NCBI RefSeq assembly: GCF_002113885.1
Contig: NW_018404481.1
Span: 795,322-859,321, forward strand
From: Mizuhopecten yessoensis
Taxonomy: Eukaryota
Length of the DNA stretch: 64,000 bases
Reading direction: 5' to 3'
The notes beneath the pieces are model-generated. The model did no database searches, was not told where the DNA came from, and saw nothing but the letters and a program-made list of their open reading frames with translations. The position numbers and the translations under genes are program-made. This document shows, one piece after another, positions 61,801 to 64,000 of the stretch (positions are counted from its first letter, which is position 1; every line of letters begins with the position of its first letter).

Positions 61801-63472
61801 GGACACTTTTGAAGAGAAAAGAAGGTCTTTTCTTGACGAATGCAGAAATGTTGTACATGACCATTTGCTAAGAAAAATGCATTTTTCAAATTGTCCAACT
61901 TTTGGGCTCGATTACCAGGGTTCTCCTGTATAACACTACATGATCAATGTATGATAACGTATGACACCATGTATGACAATGTATATTTACCATGTATGAC
62001 ATTGAACATTAATCATGTATGACATAGTATATTGGCCATGTATGACATTGCAATTGTGTCACAATGTACAATTGTCTTTCTGGAGCAATTTTCTTTTTAT
62101 GAATTTTCTTCTACCATAATAAACAGGCCAAATTGTTTGTTTTTGTATAAGACTTATACTGTCCCACTAATGTTCAATTGTTGCATTGTCCAATCTATAC
62201 ACTGCTGGCCAGCTGTGCTAGTTCTTGACCTATACACTGCAGGTCAGCTGTGCTAGTTCTTGACCTATACACTTCATAGTCTGGACACTTTTGAAGAGAA
62301 AAGAATATCTTTGAAATGGTGACTTTTCTTGACGAATGCAGAAATGTTGTACATTAGCATTTCCTAAGAAAAATGCATTTTCAAATTGTCCAACTTTTGG
62401 GCTAGATGACCAGGGTTCTACTGTATAACAATACTGTATAACACTACTGTATAACACTACTGTATAACACTACATGACCAATGTATGATAACGTATGACA
62501 CCATGTATGACAATGAACATTACTCATGTATGACAATGTATAATTACCATGTATGACATTGAACATTACTCATGTATGACAATGTATATTTACCATGTAT
62601 GACATTGAACATTACTCATGTATGACATAGTATATTTACCATGTATGACTTTGAACATTACTCATGCATGACATAGTATATTGGCCATGTATGACATTGC
62701 AATTGTGTAACAATGTCAATTGTCTTTCTTGAGCAATTTTCTTTTGATGAATTTTCTTCTATCATAATAAACAGGTCAAATTGTTTGTTTTAGTATAAGA
62801 CTTGTACTGTTCCACTAATGTTCAATTGTTGTATTGTCCAATCTATACACTACTGGTGAACTGTTCTAGTGCTTGACCTATATACCGTTGGTCAGCTGTT
62901 CTAGTGCTTGACCTAAACACTACTGGTCAGCTGTGCTAGTACTTGGTCAACTGTTCTAGTGCTTGACCTTTACACTGCAGGTCAGCTGTTCTAGTACTTG
63001 ACCTATACACTGCTGGTCAGCTGTGCTAGTTCTTGACCTATACACTGCTGGTCAGCTGTGCTAGTACTTGACCTATACACTGCTGGTCAGCTGTGCTAGT
63101 TCTTGACCTATACACTGCGGGTCAGCTGTTTTAGAGCTTGACCTTTACACTGCGGGTCAGCTGTTTTAGAGCTTGACCTATACACTGCTGGTCAGCTGTT
63201 CTAGTACTTGACCTTTACACTGCTGGTCAGCTCTGCTAGTTCTTGACCTATACACTGCTGGTCAGCTGTTCTAGTACTTGACCTAAACACTACTGGTCAG
63301 CTGTGCTAGTACTTGACCTATACACTGCGGGTCAGCTGTGCTAGCAATTGACCTATACACTGCTGGTCAGCTTTGCTAGTTCTTGAACTATACACTGCTG
63401 GTCAGCTGTTCTAGTACTTGACCTATACACTGCAGGTCAGCTGTTCTAGAGCTTGACCTATACACTGCTGGT
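61801..63472. repeat. Tandem duplication of an about 480-bp composite unit with nested 13-, 23- and 35-bp arrays
   Basis: 61801..62282 and 62283..63472 align along their unique parts; internal repeat copy numbers differ. Confidence 0.9.
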
Positions 63473-63782
63473 TTTAATATGATTTTTTAGGATTTGTACT
63501 AAAAGGTTAATTTTTTCGTATTTTTAGCTTTGCTAGCCATGACACTTAGTCCGATGGTAAGAGAGGGGTTGTATTTTTCATGGAAAAATTGTCACTGCGA
63601 AAATCACGAAAAATTAGAACCCCACTAAAACATGACTTTGACAGTATCAGCACATGCACATGTTGGTTTCAGAAAAGGGTTGATCCACTAAATGACTTTC
63701 TTACTTAAATTGTAGACCGAGGTACATGCATTGGCCAATACAAGTTTGTTTACAGTGCTTCACACTAGCCAAGTTGTGTTAA

Positions 63783-64000
63783 CTATACAATGTCATGAGA
63801 CTTGGCCATTTTTGTTTCCTCTTCAACATTTTCTGGTTTTGTTGAAGAGCTGTCCTGTGTCGTTTCACTATCCGCTCTTTTGTCTTTTTCCAGGGTGTCC
63901 GCACTTGTTACTGTGAAATCCCCGACTCTGTCATATATTATCTCTTGGGATTTCTCTGGTTCCTTTTCCTCTAGTTCTGGCAAGGCACCAGCACCAGGAA
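63783..64000 (-). CDS. Probable last coding exon of an upstream gene (acidic low-complexity C-terminus ...PGAGALPELEEKEPEK...AKSHDIV*), product unknown
   Basis: Frame is open to the window edge, composition is E/K/S/T/D-rich and protein-like, GC is above the flank, stop TAG at 63783. Confidence 0.6.
   Translation of the reverse strand, partial: PGAGALPELEEKEPEKSQEIIYDRVGDFTVTSADTLEKDKRADSETTQDSSSTKPENVEEETKMAKSHDIV

Overview
AT-rich, intron-containing animal genomic DNA. The SINE and MITE content suggests a bivalve mollusc, possibly a scallop; this is an inference from remembered repeat families, not a database result. I reconstructed three complete genes by hand from splice signals. (1) A two-exon + strand gene (12770..12827, 14045..14670) encodes a 227-aa secreted, strongly cationic, 20-Cys protein with an A-A-B-B internal repeat layout that I cannot assign to a known family. 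It is the best novelty candidate. (2, 3) Two head-to-tail - strand tetraspanins: Tspan-A (38804..21353, 252 aa) and Tspan-B (53766..44021, 240 aa). Each has 7 coding exons, all introns are phase 0, and three exons have identical sizes in both genes. The probable last coding exon of a fourth gene enters at the right edge. About a fifth of the window is minisatellite (12, 23, 30, 34, 35, 39, 44, 45 and 46 bp units). The rest carries tRNA-derived SINEs, MITEs with readable TSDs (CAG, TA, TTAA, 8 bp), LINE fragments, a 197-N gap and one assembly-overlap artefact. There are no prokaryotic features and no CRISPR array. Most ORFs in the supplied track are spurious or repeat-derived.
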